Shown here: one piece after another, positions 55,234 through 55,302 of the stretch
How positions within the stretch are numbered: the first letter of the stretch is position 1
How the letters are laid out: each line of letters opens with the position of its first letter
Source: Candidatus Wolfebacteria bacterium RIFCSPLOWO2_01_FULL_47_17b
GTDB lineage: Bacteria > Patescibacteriota > Minisyncoccia > UBA6257 > JAGOQP01
NCBI GenBank assembly: GCA_001793865.1
Contig: MGIS01000010.1
Location: forward strand, 1 to 55,302
Length of the DNA: 55,302 bases
Reading direction: 5' to 3'
Made by a program: the position numbers and the translations under genes
The notes under the pieces: generated by a model
Seen by the model: only the letters and a program-made list of their open reading frames with translations
The model's database searches: none
What the model was told of the DNA's origin: nothing

Positions 55234-55302
55234 ATATGCACTATACACCACATTTCTCCTTTTGTCACCCAATAGTTGAGCTCAGCACATTTTGGACATA
55301 GA

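Overview
A 55.3 kb chromosomal segment, almost all on the minus strand. Gene content and style point to a CPR/Patescibacteria (Parcubacteria-like) bacterium; this is inference. Housekeeping genes include secA, hpf, tpiA, rplY, fba, nrdJ, ftsZ/ftsA, ybeY, rpsU, hisS, lepB, pth, gatCA, ligA and 3 tRNAs. There is also a type IV pilus locus and three paralogous large secreted proteins; the two complete copies end in a peptidoglycan-binding tail. The main accessory feature is a complete diversity-generating retroelement (DGR, about 28.2-31.3 kb). It has a target gene whose 134-bp VR differs from the TR at 10 positions, all TR adenines, plus a reverse transcriptase and an avd. Three details of this DGR are unusual: avd is antisense and its ATG abuts a likely RT ATG; the TR cassette occurs as an exact 481-bp tandem duplication; and the TR is preceded by a strongly structured leader carrying twin hairpins with identical loops. 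The window also holds four different 'small gene plus cognate flanking palindromes' units: RAYT, a PaaX/Cas2-like gene, a GIY-YIG nuclease and an IVP-like four-helix bundle. Repeats related to several of these are scattered in-frame through housekeeping genes. Other points of interest are a possible gamma-glutamyl ligase/hydrolase module, a T9SS-tail protein that seems out of place, and a pervasive leaderless-promoter signature. All calls come from reading motifs by eye; no searches were run.
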